Assembly (NCBI RefSeq): GCF_006345805.1
Contig: NC_043004.1
Span: 78,554,001-78,618,000, forward strand
Length of the DNA: 64,000 nucleotides
DNA from: Octopus sinensis
Lineage: Eukaryota
Direction: 5' to 3'
In this document: positions 26,301 through 40,900 of the stretch, in pieces
Layout: each line of letters starts with the position of its first letter
Position numbering within the stretch: position 1 is the first letter of the stretch
Translations under genes and position numbers: made by a program
Notes under the pieces: generated by a model
The model's input: the letters and a program-made list of their open reading frames with translations, nothing else
What the model was told of the DNA's origin: nothing
Database searches by the model: none

Positions 26301-29300
26301 ACATGGGATGAGGTGGTCAAGCATGACCTTCGAATGTTGGGCCTCACAGAGGCAATGATGAAAGACAGAGACCTCTGGAGATATGCTGTGACTGCGAAGA
26401 CCTGACAAATAAAGTGCGTTCATGGCGTATCCTACACCAGCTTCACATAACCAGCCCCAACCCATTCAAAAGTACCTTGAATCGCAGGACGACCTGCTGT
26501 GCTTACCTTGGATTGTAGGGCAACCTGCTGTGCTTGAGGAGACCTATTGAGTCAAGTACATCAACATCAAAATAAAAATCAAATGGAAATTGTAGTTGTG
26601 ATACCCTTGCCGGTGGCATGTAGAAAGCACCATCTGAACGTGGCTGATGCCAGCGCCAACTTGACTGGCTTCTGTGCCAGTGGCACATAAAAAGTACCAA
26701 CCAATCATGGCCATTGCCAGCTTCCTCTGGCCCGTGCCAGTGGCATGTAAAAAGCATCCACTACACCCGCAGAGTGGTTGGCATTAGGAAGGGCATCTAC
26801 CTGTAGAAACACTGCCAGATCAGACTGGAGCCTGGCACAGCCTCCTGGCTTCCCAGACCCCGGTCGAACCATCCAACCCATGCTAGCATAGAAAATGGAC
26901 GATAAACGATGAAGATGTATTTCCCCATGGCTGGACATCTTTTCATTTATAACTCTGGCACAAAAACAAGGAGATGTACATAAGGACAGACGTACACTAT
27001 CATTGTTGTTTTAATATTCACCCTTCAATGCGAGAGTGTAGTGGGTGCTTTTTACATGCCCATGTTCTTTGAATTAATCAGTTTAATATCGATGGTCCCA
27101 AATAGGGACAAGAGACAACATTAATTCAAATGCATTGTTTGAATTAATGATGCTCAAGAGAAATTTATCAACAATATTTGTTTGAAACTTTGTTAAATTT
27201 TTTACATGCAGATCTCAAATTTCGTCAATTACTGTTTAAATACCAATTAAACCAGTAATGTGGCATTCTGTTTTTAAATTAATTTGACTTAATTTAAATT
27301 ATGTATCACAATTATGTAATTATACGTTCCATATTGATTATCTTAATGAAACAGCTGTTGAAAACAAAATATGAACTATATGTGAAATTTATGCTTTTCT
27401 AATTCTATGCTAAATATGTAGCTTTATAAGATTGCTTTAGCAAGTCAGTCCCATTTGGATTTACTTTGTGTGCTGCATAAAAAATCACCTGCACAGGTGT
27501 CACATAAAAAGAACCCATGCTGGTACCACGTATAGAGCACTTGTGTTGGTGCCACGTATAGAGCACTTGTGCTGGTACTGCATACAGAACACTCGTGCTG
27601 GTGCCGTGTACAGAACACTCGTGCTGGTACTGCATACAGAACACTCGTGCTGGTACCGCCTATAGAGCACTTGTGCCGGTGCCATGCAAAAAGCAGCCAA
27701 TACACTCTGCAAAGTGGTTGGCATTATGAAGGGAATCCAATCATAGAAACTTTGTCAAAAAGAGATAATGGAACCTGGTGCAACTCTCAGGCTTGCCAGC
27801 TAGTCAACCTGTCCAACCCATGCCAGTTTGGAAAACACATTTTCAATGATGATGATGATGATTTGTTGAAGTTTAATGACCCATTACTAATTGAGCCTCT
27901 TAATTACCATGGATTTATTCTTTGAAGTCTATTCAGCAATTTTCTACACATGATTTACAATTATTTTTTATTATTATTAAATTTGACATCTACAGACAAT
28001 TGAAGTTAATTAGCAGGTACAGAAGCGATAACTTTATGAATAAACACTAAAATGTTTAAATGTTATAGGATTGACTTCAAGAAACATGAGGAATATGAAA
28101 GGATTATGCAACACTGCCATACTAACCTGTGTTCTTCAGAATCAATTTTCAGTGCTAACTGCATCCTGACATTTATTGCTGGTATGTAACTATTGTCAAC
28201 AGGAAACTGGTCAAAGTCTTTGGCTGAAAATTGAATAGAAACAGACTGAATTAGGTTGGATTGGAATGTTGATTTAGCACAGAAATGTTATGAAGATGTC
28301 CATGAGGTAAAGTGGTTAAGAAATTCACTTCATTATTGTGTTAACTAGGGTTCAATCCTCCTACATGGCATAGCAAACTGTCAAGAGTCTTTTCCTTGGG
28401 CCAACCCAAGGTTTGTAAATAAAATTGGGCAGACAGCAACTATACCAAAGCCTACCACCCCTCCTTGGATTGGTTGCATTTGTGATTGAGTGTGACTCTG
28501 TTTAACAACCATTGCTTGTCCTTTGGGTAATTTTAGCAGAGTTCACTCTGATGGCAACACTGGAACCAGGTCCCTGGTCTGAGGATAACCTTGGAGTCCT
28601 GATTCCATTTCTTCACTTGTCCCCCATTAGTTTCAGAAATGTTGCCATTCCTCTTTTCATGAGACCATTAAAAGAAAATGTATTGTTGGGATTTGGACTA
28701 TATTCTATGTCCTCAATGAAGTCAGATCAACCACAATTAGACAACCAACTGATCAATTTTCAATCACCTCTGAAAGAAGTGCAGATCAGGTTAAGCAAGA
28801 GCCAGATCAGGTTAAGGCTCTTATCTCTTTATTTTAAATAATTTAGAAGAGCAGTTCTCAACTGTAGATCCCAGGGCTACATACGGCCCTCATGCATCCT
28901 TCCAGCAGCCCCCAACAGTCTTTCTTCTATAAATATAATACATTTTTTAAAATTGACTTGTGGTTTAATTTTTTTGGTGCAGCCCCTGAAAAATATTCAG
29001 GTTTTGGATCTGGCCCAGATATTAAAAAGTTTAAGAACCCTTGATTTAAAGGCCCTCCAGCACTGCTGGAGAAAGTCATTTATGTAAAATCAGTTTGAAT
29101 TTCTGAAGATTAGCAGTTAAGGGTTAAAATATAGGATGTGATAGGAAAATGGACAGTAAATGAAATGATTACATTTATGTGGAAGTGGTATACAGTCTGA
29201 ACAACTTGAAGAGCACAGACCATGTAGCAGCAATAAACAAGAAGAGGATAGTTTGACAGTAAAAGATGCTAAAGTTGGTCTTAATGACCATTATCATTAT

Positions 29301-32300
29301 ATGTCTGTTTTCCATGCAGGCAAGGGCTGGATGGTTTGACAGAAGCTGGCATCACCAGGGGCTGCACCTCTATTTGCCTGTTTTGGCAGGACTTCTACAG
29401 CAGGATGCACTTTCTCATGTCAACCACTTTACAGAGCACACAAGGTGCTTTACACATGGCACCAGCAGCACTGCTTTCCATTCAATGAACTTTGGCCTTC
29501 AGCCTCCCAGGATTGATGGAAAAAAACAAATGAAAAAATAATCAACTGCATCCATCTCTAGAAGTTGTGACCTTCTGTGTATATGAGAAACCAATATTGT
29601 TTCTGATATACTTATCAGGTTCTTTAATATAAAACCCGTTTGAATTTTTCCTTACTTTTAAGACATGCCAGGCACAATAACTCACAAGTAAAAATTGTTA
29701 AATTCACTTACTTCTGTCCAAACTAAAAAGAATCTTTCTGTAACCTTTCTGTTCTTCTGGGGAGATAAGCAACACTGTTAAACCTTCTTCGGAGGCTCGA
29801 GCTGTACGACCACTACGGTGTATGTAGTTCTAAGGAGGAGGAGGAAGAGAAGACGAAAAAGGACAACAGTTTAAAGTAAGAAATAATTTTCTCTGAAGAG
29901 TTGCAATAAAAAGAAGGAAGTTTGAAATAAAACACTGGAAACTAAATAAGCCTTTTATGTCAGAATCTACTGAATTTACTTGCATATAAAGCACACTGTT
30001 TTGCACTGGATTTCCTTCTGAGTGTTGGGCCTCATGGAAGCAAAGTGGCTGAGACTCTTTTGAGCATTGGGCCTCACGGAGTTAACAGCCGAGACCTTTA
30101 GCATTATGTTGTGCTTGAGAAGAAGAGCCATCAAACCAATCAAAATCACAGTCATGGCAGATACTGGTGTCACGCAAAAGCAAACATTGCACTCTTGGAG
30201 TGGTTGACGTAAGGAAGGGCATCCAGCTGTGGAAACCATTCCAAATCAGACTGGAGTCTGGTGCAGCCTTCCAGCTTGCCAGCCATGATCAAACCATCCA
30301 ACCTATGCCAGCATGGACGATGAATGTTTAATGATGATAATTTTAAAAAAGAAAAAAAAAAAAACTAGGGTGTGATTTAAACATGGGCAAAGCTAAAACT
30401 GTAAAGGGAAAAACTTTGTACTCTGACTTAACCCTAAATCAGGGATGGAACTTATACAGAAGTATACATAGTATATAATGAAGGCACATAGCCTCACCAT
30501 CCCTAGATCATGGGTTCCATTCCTGAATCAGGTGGCAATGTTGGGTTCTTCAGCAAAACACTTCATTTCATGTTTTGCCCTGTGGCTGGCAGAGCAGCAG
30601 AATCATTGGTGCATCTGTAGAGATGTTTTACCATATATCTTGCAGCTCTCTCCATTCTGAGTTTTAACTTCCAACCCCAACCCCACTGACCCCCACCCTA
30701 CCAGGAGACAGCAACAGACAACCACACCAGTATTCATTCCAAGTCTAGTCATTGTAGCCAAAGTTCCAGTAAACTACCCAACAGCCACAGGGGAGAGTAC
30801 AGGGCCTCCCAGGTCACATAGGGAGTACTAGAGAAGGTTCACATGCACAAGACCTTCCTAAGGATGAACCACCACTGCCCTAAAGATACATATATATATA
30901 TAATCATCATTGTCGTCGTTTAACGTCCACTTTCCATGCTGGCATGAGTTGGACGATTTGACTGAGGATTAACAAGACAGAAGGTTGTACCAGGTTCCAG
31001 TCTGATCTGGCAGTGTTTCAATATCTGGATGCTCTTCCTAATGCAACCACTCCAAGAGTGTAGTGGGTGCTTTTTCTGTGCTATTGGCATGAGGGTCAGT
31101 CAGGCGGTACTGGCATCAACCATGCTTGAATGGTGCTTTTTACATGCCACTTGCACAGGACCAGTCATGTGGTACTGGCATCGACCAAGCAATATATATA
31201 GAGGCATATATAACAGACCAGCACAGTAAAAACTCTGGCAGTCTTTGGAATAGGTTATAGCATGTCTAAGCTCGTTAAAGTTAATAGTAATTAAATACCA
31301 ATAGCTGCTTTGTCAGGTACAATGACAGACACACCACATATTGCTCAATATTTTCAGTGAAAGAACCTTGTGTAATACTAGTATTAGACATAATCTGACC
31401 CCAGTATTTGACTGGTATTTTATTAATAGCACAAAATAATATACAACAACATAAAATAACACATCACAATGAAATATATTTTAAGTATTTGTACAAAGAG
31501 GGAGACTGGTTGCAAAGCTAAAATACTAGCCACACCGTGATCAGTTCAAACTTTACTTGAGCCACTGTGCTCCTGAGCAAGACACAGAACACAGATCAAT
31601 GTTAAAGCAGAAATTAAATCTTGGTGCAGATACATACTATAAACTTTATTTAGTAACTAGTTCACAGTTAATTGTAAAGCTTATTCGGTTATTAAAACAA
31701 TACTAACCTCCATTGTATGGGGCACTTGGAAGTGAATAACATGATCTATTTTGGGAATATCCAAACCTCGAGCAGCAATGTCTGTAGCCAGTAGCAAGGC
31801 ATTAGGACTGGCTAAAAGTGAAATAATCACAACACAGATTATTATGATGATGATGATGATGATTATTATTATTATAGAAACATATAGAATAAACAAAGTA
31901 GTGGTAGGATTCAGGTTTTGTCTTGACTTTAAAACTTTGTTGTTATAGTAATTGCATTGTGTCCCTTGTAGAGTTGTAGTGTCAGAAGTTCAAAGTCATG
32001 GAATCAGAAGCAACTATTGTGCTGCTGGAATCAGTCAGATGGAATCAGAGACGGAAGTAATTACTGGTTTGCAAGATTGGTAAAAATAAGCAGCAAAGTA
32101 TTGAGATTGATACAATGGACTGAAATAACTTTGAAAGCCATTTCACTGCGGCCATGCTGGTGCACTGTCTTTAGTCGAACAAATCGACCCCAGGACTTAT
32201 TCTTTGTAAGCCTAGTACTTATCAGTCTCTTTTGCCGAACTGCTAAGTTACAGGGACGTGAACACACCAATAGTGGTTGTCAAGTGATGGTGTGGGGACA

Positions 32301-34882
32301 AACTCAGATACACACATACATATATATATATATATATATGACGGGCTTCTTTCAGTATTCGTCTACCAAATCCACTCACAAGGCTTTCACCAGCCGGAGG
32401 CTATGGTAAAAGACACTTGCTCAAGATGCCATGCAGTGGGACTGAACCCGGAGCCATGTAGTTGGGAAGCAAGCTTATCACACAGCCACTCGTGTGGAAA
32501 AAACAAGAGGAATAATTTATCAAAAGGCCTCTACAGAAACTATGTTGAGTTTCTGCTAAAATTAACCCTTTTGTTACCATATTTCTGTTGAAATATATTG
32601 CCTTAGAACATGGACGTTAAATGATGATGATGATGACATTGTTTCAATTAATTTGGAAAATAATGAGCAATTTAGTAAAAGAGCTCTGCCATTGAGAAGC
32701 TGGTGTCTAGAACAAATTAACAAGAAATTTTGATGGAAGGTTTTAAAGTAGATCATTTTAAACCAGGAAGTTTTTACAGAACAAGAGGCTGTCTCTGATT
32801 AGTTGGTATCAAAAGGATAAAAAAAATTAATCAGAAGTCTGAAAAATAATCAAACCAAATCAAAGGATTGGCACCAGATTTACTTACAGGAAAACCGCTC
32901 CAAGTTTCTTAGTCTCTGTTTTTGATGCATGTCAGAGTGTAAAGGTAATGGGTGGCACTCGAGCAATGTGAAAATGGACACTAAACGTCGAATAGAGTCT
33001 TTGCTGTTGCAAAATACTAACGTTCGGCCAGGATGCTGTTTTAAAAAGTAATATAAATAAACATCCTGCAAAGACAAAAATGTAAAAAAAATTCTTACAA
33101 TTTGGGGAAAATAAAATCAAAGTAGAAGTATTTGCTTTGTCTGGAAAAAGAATCAATGAAAACAAACAATGTTGAGACACAAGATATATCAATGCAGAAC
33201 TGAAGATCGCAAACCAGATGTCCAGTCAGGAGTAGATATGAGCGTGAGTCAAAAAGTAATGCCATTTTGTTTAGGACAGGTATAATTACCAGCACAGGAA
33301 CATGTATCATACATCAAAAGGCGGCGAGCTGGCAGAAATGTTAGCACGCCAGGTGAAATGCTTTGCAGTATTTCATCTGCCGTTACGTTCTGAGTTCAAA
33401 TTTCCACCGAGGTCGACTTTGCTTTTCATCCTTTCAGGGTCGATAAATTAAGTACCAGTTACGCACTGAGGTCGATATAATTGACTTAATCCGTGTGTCT
33501 GTCCTTGTTTGTCCCCTCTGTGTTTAGCCCCATGTGGGTAGTAAAGAAATAGGAACATGTATCATACATCAAAATGAAGCTGGTCCTCGGTGGATCACAT
33601 CCCTACTTCTCAACATAGTCACCGTTTCTCTCAATAGTAATGTTCCACCTTCGAATAAGAGCATGTATCCCTAACCCGTAAAATTCTGTTGACTGTTCTT
33701 TGAGCCACTTCTTCACTACCTCCACACTAACCAGATTTAGCGCCTTTAGACTATCATCTCTTCGGCACCACAAAAGAGGGTTTGAGAGGCAAACATTATT
33801 CCAGTGATGAGGAAGTGAAAACTGTAGTGAAGAAGTGGCTCAAAGAACAGTCAACAGAATTTTGCGGGGTAGGAATACATGCTCTCATTCAAAGGTGCAA
33901 CATTGTTATTGAGAGAAACGGTGACTATGTTGAGAAGTAGGGATGTGATCCACAGCGGACCAGCTTTATTTTGATGTATGATAGATGTTCCTGTGTTGGT
34001 AAATATACCTGTCCTAAAGAAAATGGCATTACTTTTTGATTCACCCTCATAGAATGCAATAAAGGTGCAGGCAAGGCTGTGTGATTAAGAAGTTTCTTTT
34101 CCATCCACATAGTTTTCGGTTCAATCCTGATGTGTGACACCTTGGGCAAGTGTCTCCTGTTTATAGCACTTGGCAGACCAAAGATTTGTAAATGGATTTA
34201 GTAGACAAAAACTGAAAGAAACCCATCACATACTCATGTGTGTGTGTACGTGCATGTGAGTAAATGTTCTTGTTTCCTTGTCATGACATCATGTGATAGT
34301 CGTAAATAAGCGTCACCATCATACAAGTGATATATCCCTTGTATCTAGTCTTCCCTGAAAACCTATCCAGCCATGGAGAGGTAAAAACCTTGCTTGGAAA
34401 CAGGTGAGGGTTGGTGACAAGAAGGGCATCCAGCTATAGAAAGTCTGCCTCAATGAATTCCTTCTAACTCACCCAAACATGGAGAAGAGAATATAAAAAC
34501 GATGATGTTGATAATTGGCTGATCTTATTTTATAAAGTGATATTTAATTGAAATTTAAATAACATCATATTTCAGGTTTAACCTATTCTTCTAATTAGAA
34601 CAGTTTTGAGACAAAAATCATCAAGCACATCTATGGAAGAACCTTTTAAGTTGGGTTTGAAACACTAATATTCTAATAAATAAAAAAAGTTATAATTGTT
34701 TTAGAATTCAATTGAAACATTTTGGTTAGAAATAAAGCAATTAAAGGGCTAAATGAACATACCTTTTTTTCACGTTCACAAAGAACTTTGGCTTCAGACA
34801 GTTTCTCTGCCGTTCTTGTTTTTTCAGTCAAATCAACCATTTTGGCTCCTTTTTTCAGACCCATCTTATACATCATCATACC

Positions 34883-34921
<39 letters not shown>

Positions 34922-37900
34922 AACATATACATCAACATATCTATATGCAGCATAGACATCTTAGCTATAAATCTCCTATACATCAAGCCATCTGTATTTG
35001 TCCCTCTATCATACTTTAACCTCCAAAACCCAACATAAAACCACTGCCCTCTTCAAATATTACCCCTTTCTTAAAAATAGTTGGCATTTGAAAGGGCATC
35101 TAGCCATAGAAACTATGCCAAAGCTGATGCTGGAGTTCAATATGGCCCTGGAACTTGCTGGATCCTGTTGAACCAACCATGCCAGCATGGAAAACAAATG
35201 TTAAATGATGAGGATGGAGATACAGGTATATTGATGACATCAACATACCTGTATATACAAAATGTAAAGACATGAAAACCTGGTTGAAAAGACCTTCACC
35301 ATTTAAAGTTAATAATCAAACAAAAAACTACAATCTAAAGAAACTAGTGAGGATAAACATTGGTAAAATTCCATCAATTACATTTTACCAAAGAAGACCT
35401 TAACTTAAACACCAGATCCCACCCCCTCCTCATACCACACAAGAAATTGACTTATTTCATAAAGTTAATGTGATCTTCACCTGATAGAATGGTAAATCTG
35501 GAAAATATCATCATTACGATTAATGAAAGTACAGGGTGACCCAGAAAAAAAACAACCCATAAAAATTTTATTAAATCCTACAAAGGTCCAGCAGATTTCT
35601 TGAAATTTGCTGGACTTAAACTATGGTCTGTGTAAAATCATTCCCATTGCATAAAAGTCATGTTCTTTTCAAAATATGCTCCAAATGGCATACGTTGCAC
35701 AAAATTGTCAATTACTCGAACACATTCCTCTTTGGGGATTTCCCTGATTTCTGTTGTGATTGCTGCCTTCAGTTCACCAATCGTTTGAGTGTTGTTCTGG
35801 TAAACATCATCCTTGAGATAACCCCCACATATAAAAATCTGAGGGGTTCAAGTCTGGTGAATGTGGTGCCCACTCAACGTCACACTTCCTGATCAGTCTC
35901 TCCTGAAATCACTCTCTCAACCCCAGTTTAGGGAGTCATTTGATGTGTGTGTGTGTGTTGGGGGGGGGGGTTAGTGCTGTCTTGCTGGAACCACTGTTCA
36001 TCTCAATCTATCCCTCTGCATCGTTTTATTCAAAGATTTGGGGTTCGTTTTTTTTTTTTTTTGTCACCCTGTCCATTGGTAGATTCTCTATTATTTCCTC
36101 TTGTTAGACATGAAGTTAAGTAATTCATGGATGAAGAATAAATGAGATTTGAGAAGTCTTTCTGAAAAACACTGCTACAGTGTATGCAAAACACAGGTGG
36201 GTCACAGATTCATTTTCATGGTGCTTATCACCTCTCAAAGCATTAACCATTTATAAACACCACCTTTGTCACTTTTTCCGGTTCCACCCTGATTACTCTC
36301 ACCAACTCATGAGCAGCCATGTATCTCCTCCACAACAAGTTTTGATTCCTTATTATCAAGTAAAAGCCTGCTTCCCTTCAAATGTAGCTTCACTCAGTTG
36401 AAGGGGCACTTCATCATGTTAGCCACACAGTGACCTCATTAGTGCTGGTGCCATGGAAGGTGCATCCAGTACACTCTGTAAAGTGGTGGGCATCAGGAAG
36501 GACATGCAGCTGTAGAAACCATGCCAAAGCAAGCAAGGGAGCTTGATGTATTTACTGGGCCAATTGAATTCTGTTGAAACTGTCCAGCTCATGCAAACAT
36601 GGAAGATGGATAATAAATGATGATGTTGATGAGGAGTTGGACAAAAACAAGACATGGTTGAAAAGAACTTACGGATTTTTCCTTCAGTTGTCAACAGGTT
36701 AGCTTGAAACTTTCTCGACAATTTTCGCTGAGGACCCATGTGGGCTAATGTCAAAGTGGCAGAGAATAAAAATGTCTGACGCCTCTTCTGAGTCATTTTA
36801 GTGAAACTGCAAAGGAAAATAGCATTGGATTAAAACTGAGAAATAACAAATCTTAATGAATGCTAGGCAAATATTTTTATACATGCATATCTATATACAC
36901 ACACACAATACATGATGAACATTTTTCGGTTTCCATCTATCAAATTCACTCACATGGCTTCAGCTCTGAGGCAATAAGTATGTGTGTATCTGGAAGGTAT
37001 GAGCAGTGCGTATGTGTATATCGGTTTGGTTGGTGAGAGTGTGGCAGTTTGTGTGTTTGTGCATGTAGGGTGAGGGAGAAGTTGAAGGAAGGTGGGTGAT
37101 GAGTTGAGACCAAAGAGAGTGGAAGTTGGGAGGGAAAAAAAAGAATTATTGTTTTCTGTGGAGTCCAGAGTTTGAGGATCCATTGTGTAAGGCCAAGACA
37201 AACACTTGGACTTACACTTGGCAAGGTGTTGAGAAGAGTGGTCTGTTGAGCAGAAATGCCAAGAAACAAGGGTTTGGTTTTGGAGGCAGATGTCCGATAG
37301 GTGCTTGGCAATCAGTGGAGTTGTAGGAGTCAGAAATGTATAGTACGCATATGTATATGTGTGTATCATTTTATCATTTTTTAATCATTTTATCTAGTTT
37401 CAGCTCACGAGCTGTGGCCATGCTGGGGCACTGCCATTGTATCTATGTCTTTTCACATGTTTACAATCTAGACTACTAGCTTATTGCTTTTGTGACTTAT
37501 ATTGATTTTCTTCAGTCTTAACAATTAAAAAATGGTATTTAAAGATGCAAGAAAAATGCAAAGGAAAAAGAAAAGAGAAAGAGCAAAATACAAAAGCAAC
37601 GAATTGCTGATCATCATCATCATCATTTAACAGCCATTTTCCATGCTGGCATGGGTTGGAAGGTTCGATAAGAGATGATGAACCGGAGAGCTATACTAGG
37701 TTGCATTGTCAGTTTTGTATGGTTTCTATGGCTTCTTAACACCAACCACTTTCCAGAGTGTAGTGGGTGTTTATGCGGCACCAGCATGGGTAATGTTTTA
37801 AAATTTTGCAACTTATTTAAGCCCATCTCTAAACATTTTGTTGATTATTAAAATAAAAACCGTACTAACTGGCGTAATATGCTGAGCAGTTTCTGGAGTT

Positions 37901-40900
37901 CCTCAAAATGTCCTTTCTCTACCATACGATCAGCTTCATCAATGACAAGATATTGGATGCTTTTCACAGTTAAGATGTAAGGATTTCTCTGATGAAAGAA
38001 GAAAGCAGAAATGTGTAAATATAAAAGGAAATAGACTTCTATTGTATTTTTATCATTTGGCATTTAAAACAAGCAAAGTCTGGTTGCTCTGAAGACTATA
38101 CTGTAACCATAATCTCATAGTTTTAATCATCATCTTGAGCATTGAGCCTCAGGGAGGCAAAGTGACTGAGTTCCTTTCGAGTGTTGGGCCTCACAGAGGC
38201 AATGACTGAGATCTTTGGCATTATGTTGTGCTTGAGAAGAAGACCCATCAAGTTGAGCAAAATTTCAGTTGTGACAGATACTGGTGTCATGCAAATGGCA
38301 CCTATGTTTGTGGCAAGTAAAAGCACCCATTACACTCTTGGAGTGGTTGGTGTTAGGAAGGGCACCCAGCTATAGAAAAACCATGCCAAATTAGGCTGGA
38401 GCCTGGTGCAGCCTTCCAGTGTGCCAGCTCAGTCAAACCGTCCAACCCGTGCCAGCATGGACAACGAATGTTAAATGATGATGATTTAATGTCCGTTTTC
38501 CATGCTGACATGTGTTGGACAGCTTGGCAGGAACTGGCAAGGCCAGGGGCCACACCAGGTGGCTTGGTTTCTACAGCTGGATGCCCTTCATAATGCCAAT
38601 CACTTAACAGAGTTTTTTCATGTGGCACCAGCACCCACACCAATGCTTAATATGTTGCATTTAGTCAATAGGGAAATTGTTATTAAACCAAATAGACTTT
38701 TTTTAGTTTTAACATTTTTTAAGTGAATGCTCTCTTTGCTTTTAGATCTGTTTTCCATACCAACAAGGGTTAGACAAATATATATGATTGAAGGCATTGT
38801 TTCTGTCACTAACCTTTACTTGTTTTTGATTTGTTGACTGCAGAAATGAAAACAGCTTCACTGTTTGCAACTTTTGATATTAAGAGTATATGTAAACAAA
38901 CATGCAAACACATAAATATATACATACTCACACACACACACATACATATATTATACATACTTTATTATAGAGTTCCCAAAGCCGTCCTGGTGTGGCAACA
39001 ATAATATGTGGTCGTCTCTTCAAGATGCGTTCTTGTCTCTGTTCTGACATCCCACCAATAATAGCAACCACCTGGAAAACAAAATACAAAACAGAGTGTA
39101 ACAACGCAGACTCAAGATTTATTGAAATATTCAAAAAGAGAATGTCAGAACCTTGTTTTAGAATGGTTGTGATTTTAAGTTCCTAACTCTAAATCAGGTG
39201 AAGGTTGATGACAGGAAGGGCATCTGCAGAGAAAATCTGCCTCAATAGATTCTATATGACCCATGCAAGCATGGAAAAGTAGATGTTAAGACAATAATGA
39301 TGATAATAGAGCATCTTTGATTTTGTTTCATAGATTAGATTGCTCAAAGCATTTGCTAACTATACATTATTCATTCAACACACAACACAATCACCGTGGA
39401 AATATGAAAATTGCAATTAACTTTAGAAGAATCAAACAATATGAAAATAATAAGAATTCCAGGAAGTATCATCATCATCGTTTAACGTCTGCTTTCCATG
39501 CTAGCATGGGTTGGACAGTTCAACTGGGTTCTGGGAAGCCAGGAGGCTGCACCAGGCCCAGTCTGATCTGGCAGTGTTTCTACAGCTGGATGCCCTTCCT
39601 AACGCCAACCACTCTGTGAGTGTAGTGGGTGCTTTTTATGTGCCAGGCGAGGCTGGTAATGGCCACGATCGGTTGGTGCTTTTTACGTGCCACTGGCACG
39701 GAGGCCAGTTAGGGCGGGCTGGCAATGGCCACGTTTGGATGGTTCTTTTACGTGCCACCAGCACTGGTGTCACAACTACAATTTCCATTGATTTTTGAGT
39801 AATTTCAATTCCGATAAGAGAACAATCTAGAAACTGATAACAACAAAGAATAACTTGTGCTATTAAACACAACAAAAACAAACACAAAAGTAACTGACCT
39901 TAATTTTTGTGTATTTAGCTACAGCAACTAAATGGTTTTTCACTTGTACTGCCAGTTCACGTGTTGGAGTGAGAATTAAAGCTTTTAAACCATCCTCATC
40001 TGAAATCTGAGAATCTTCAAAATTTTTAAATACACCATCTTCATCATCTTCATCTTCAACTTCATCTTCTAAAAGTTCACGATCTGTAGCCATGACATTA
40101 ATTTCAACATTTTGACTATCATTGTCTTTTTTCAGTGTCTCGTTCTCATCATTAGACTTTCCTTCATTTTCATTCTCTGGAGCCAGGCTGCTTTCATTGT
40201 TCTCATTATCGGTTTCAAGCTTTTTGCTTTTAGATGCCTTAATCTTTTCATCTTCCATGATATTGTATAAAATAGGGATTCCAAAGGCTAAAGTTTTACC
40301 ACTTCCCTACAACAAAGACATAGGAAAATATTAGATTCAAATTTTGGCACAAGACCAGCAATTTTAGAGGAGCAGGTAAGTCTATTTACATGGAACCCCC
40401 AAAGTTCAACTGGTAATTATTTTACGGATCCTGAAGGACGAAAGGTAACCTCAGTGTAATTTGAACTCAGAACATAAAGTTGGATGAAGTGCTGCTCAGC
40501 ATCTTGCCCAGTGTGCTAATGATTCGGCCAGCTTGCCACTTTACATAAGAAAAATATTAAAACAAGTCTTATAAAGTCCATATCTTGATTAAGTGTAATT
40601 ACATTATTAAAAAAAATAGTTTACATGTTTTTATTCTCAAGAGAGACTGTAACAAAAACCCCAAACGCAACTAATGCTAAAACATTTAGTTAATAAATAG
40701 ATAAGATATGCAGGTCTCTTACAGTTGCAGCAGCACCAACGATGTCTTGCTTGTACTCAATAGCAGGAATCAGACATTCGTTCTGTATTGGAGTTGGTTG
40801 AGTAAAACCTTGCTCAGCAATTGCTTGGAGGACAGGTTCAGGCACCGGGAGATGAGCCCAAGCACCCATATCTAAGGAAGAAAAAGACAAAAATATAAAC

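Noticed and set aside
27518-27673. CRISPR-like regularly repeated 26-mers
   Set aside because: Direct tandem units with no unique spacers, inside a eukaryotic RTE 3' UTR copy, and no cas genes.
28512-28841. 109-aa ORF antisense in DDX24 intron 13
   Set aside because: TTG start, no known motifs, and no supporting splice or promoter signals.
40723-40740. Walker A variant GAAATGSGKT (human has AET)
   Set aside because: Still fits the DEAD-box motif I consensus AxTGxGKT, so it is not evidence of lost activity.
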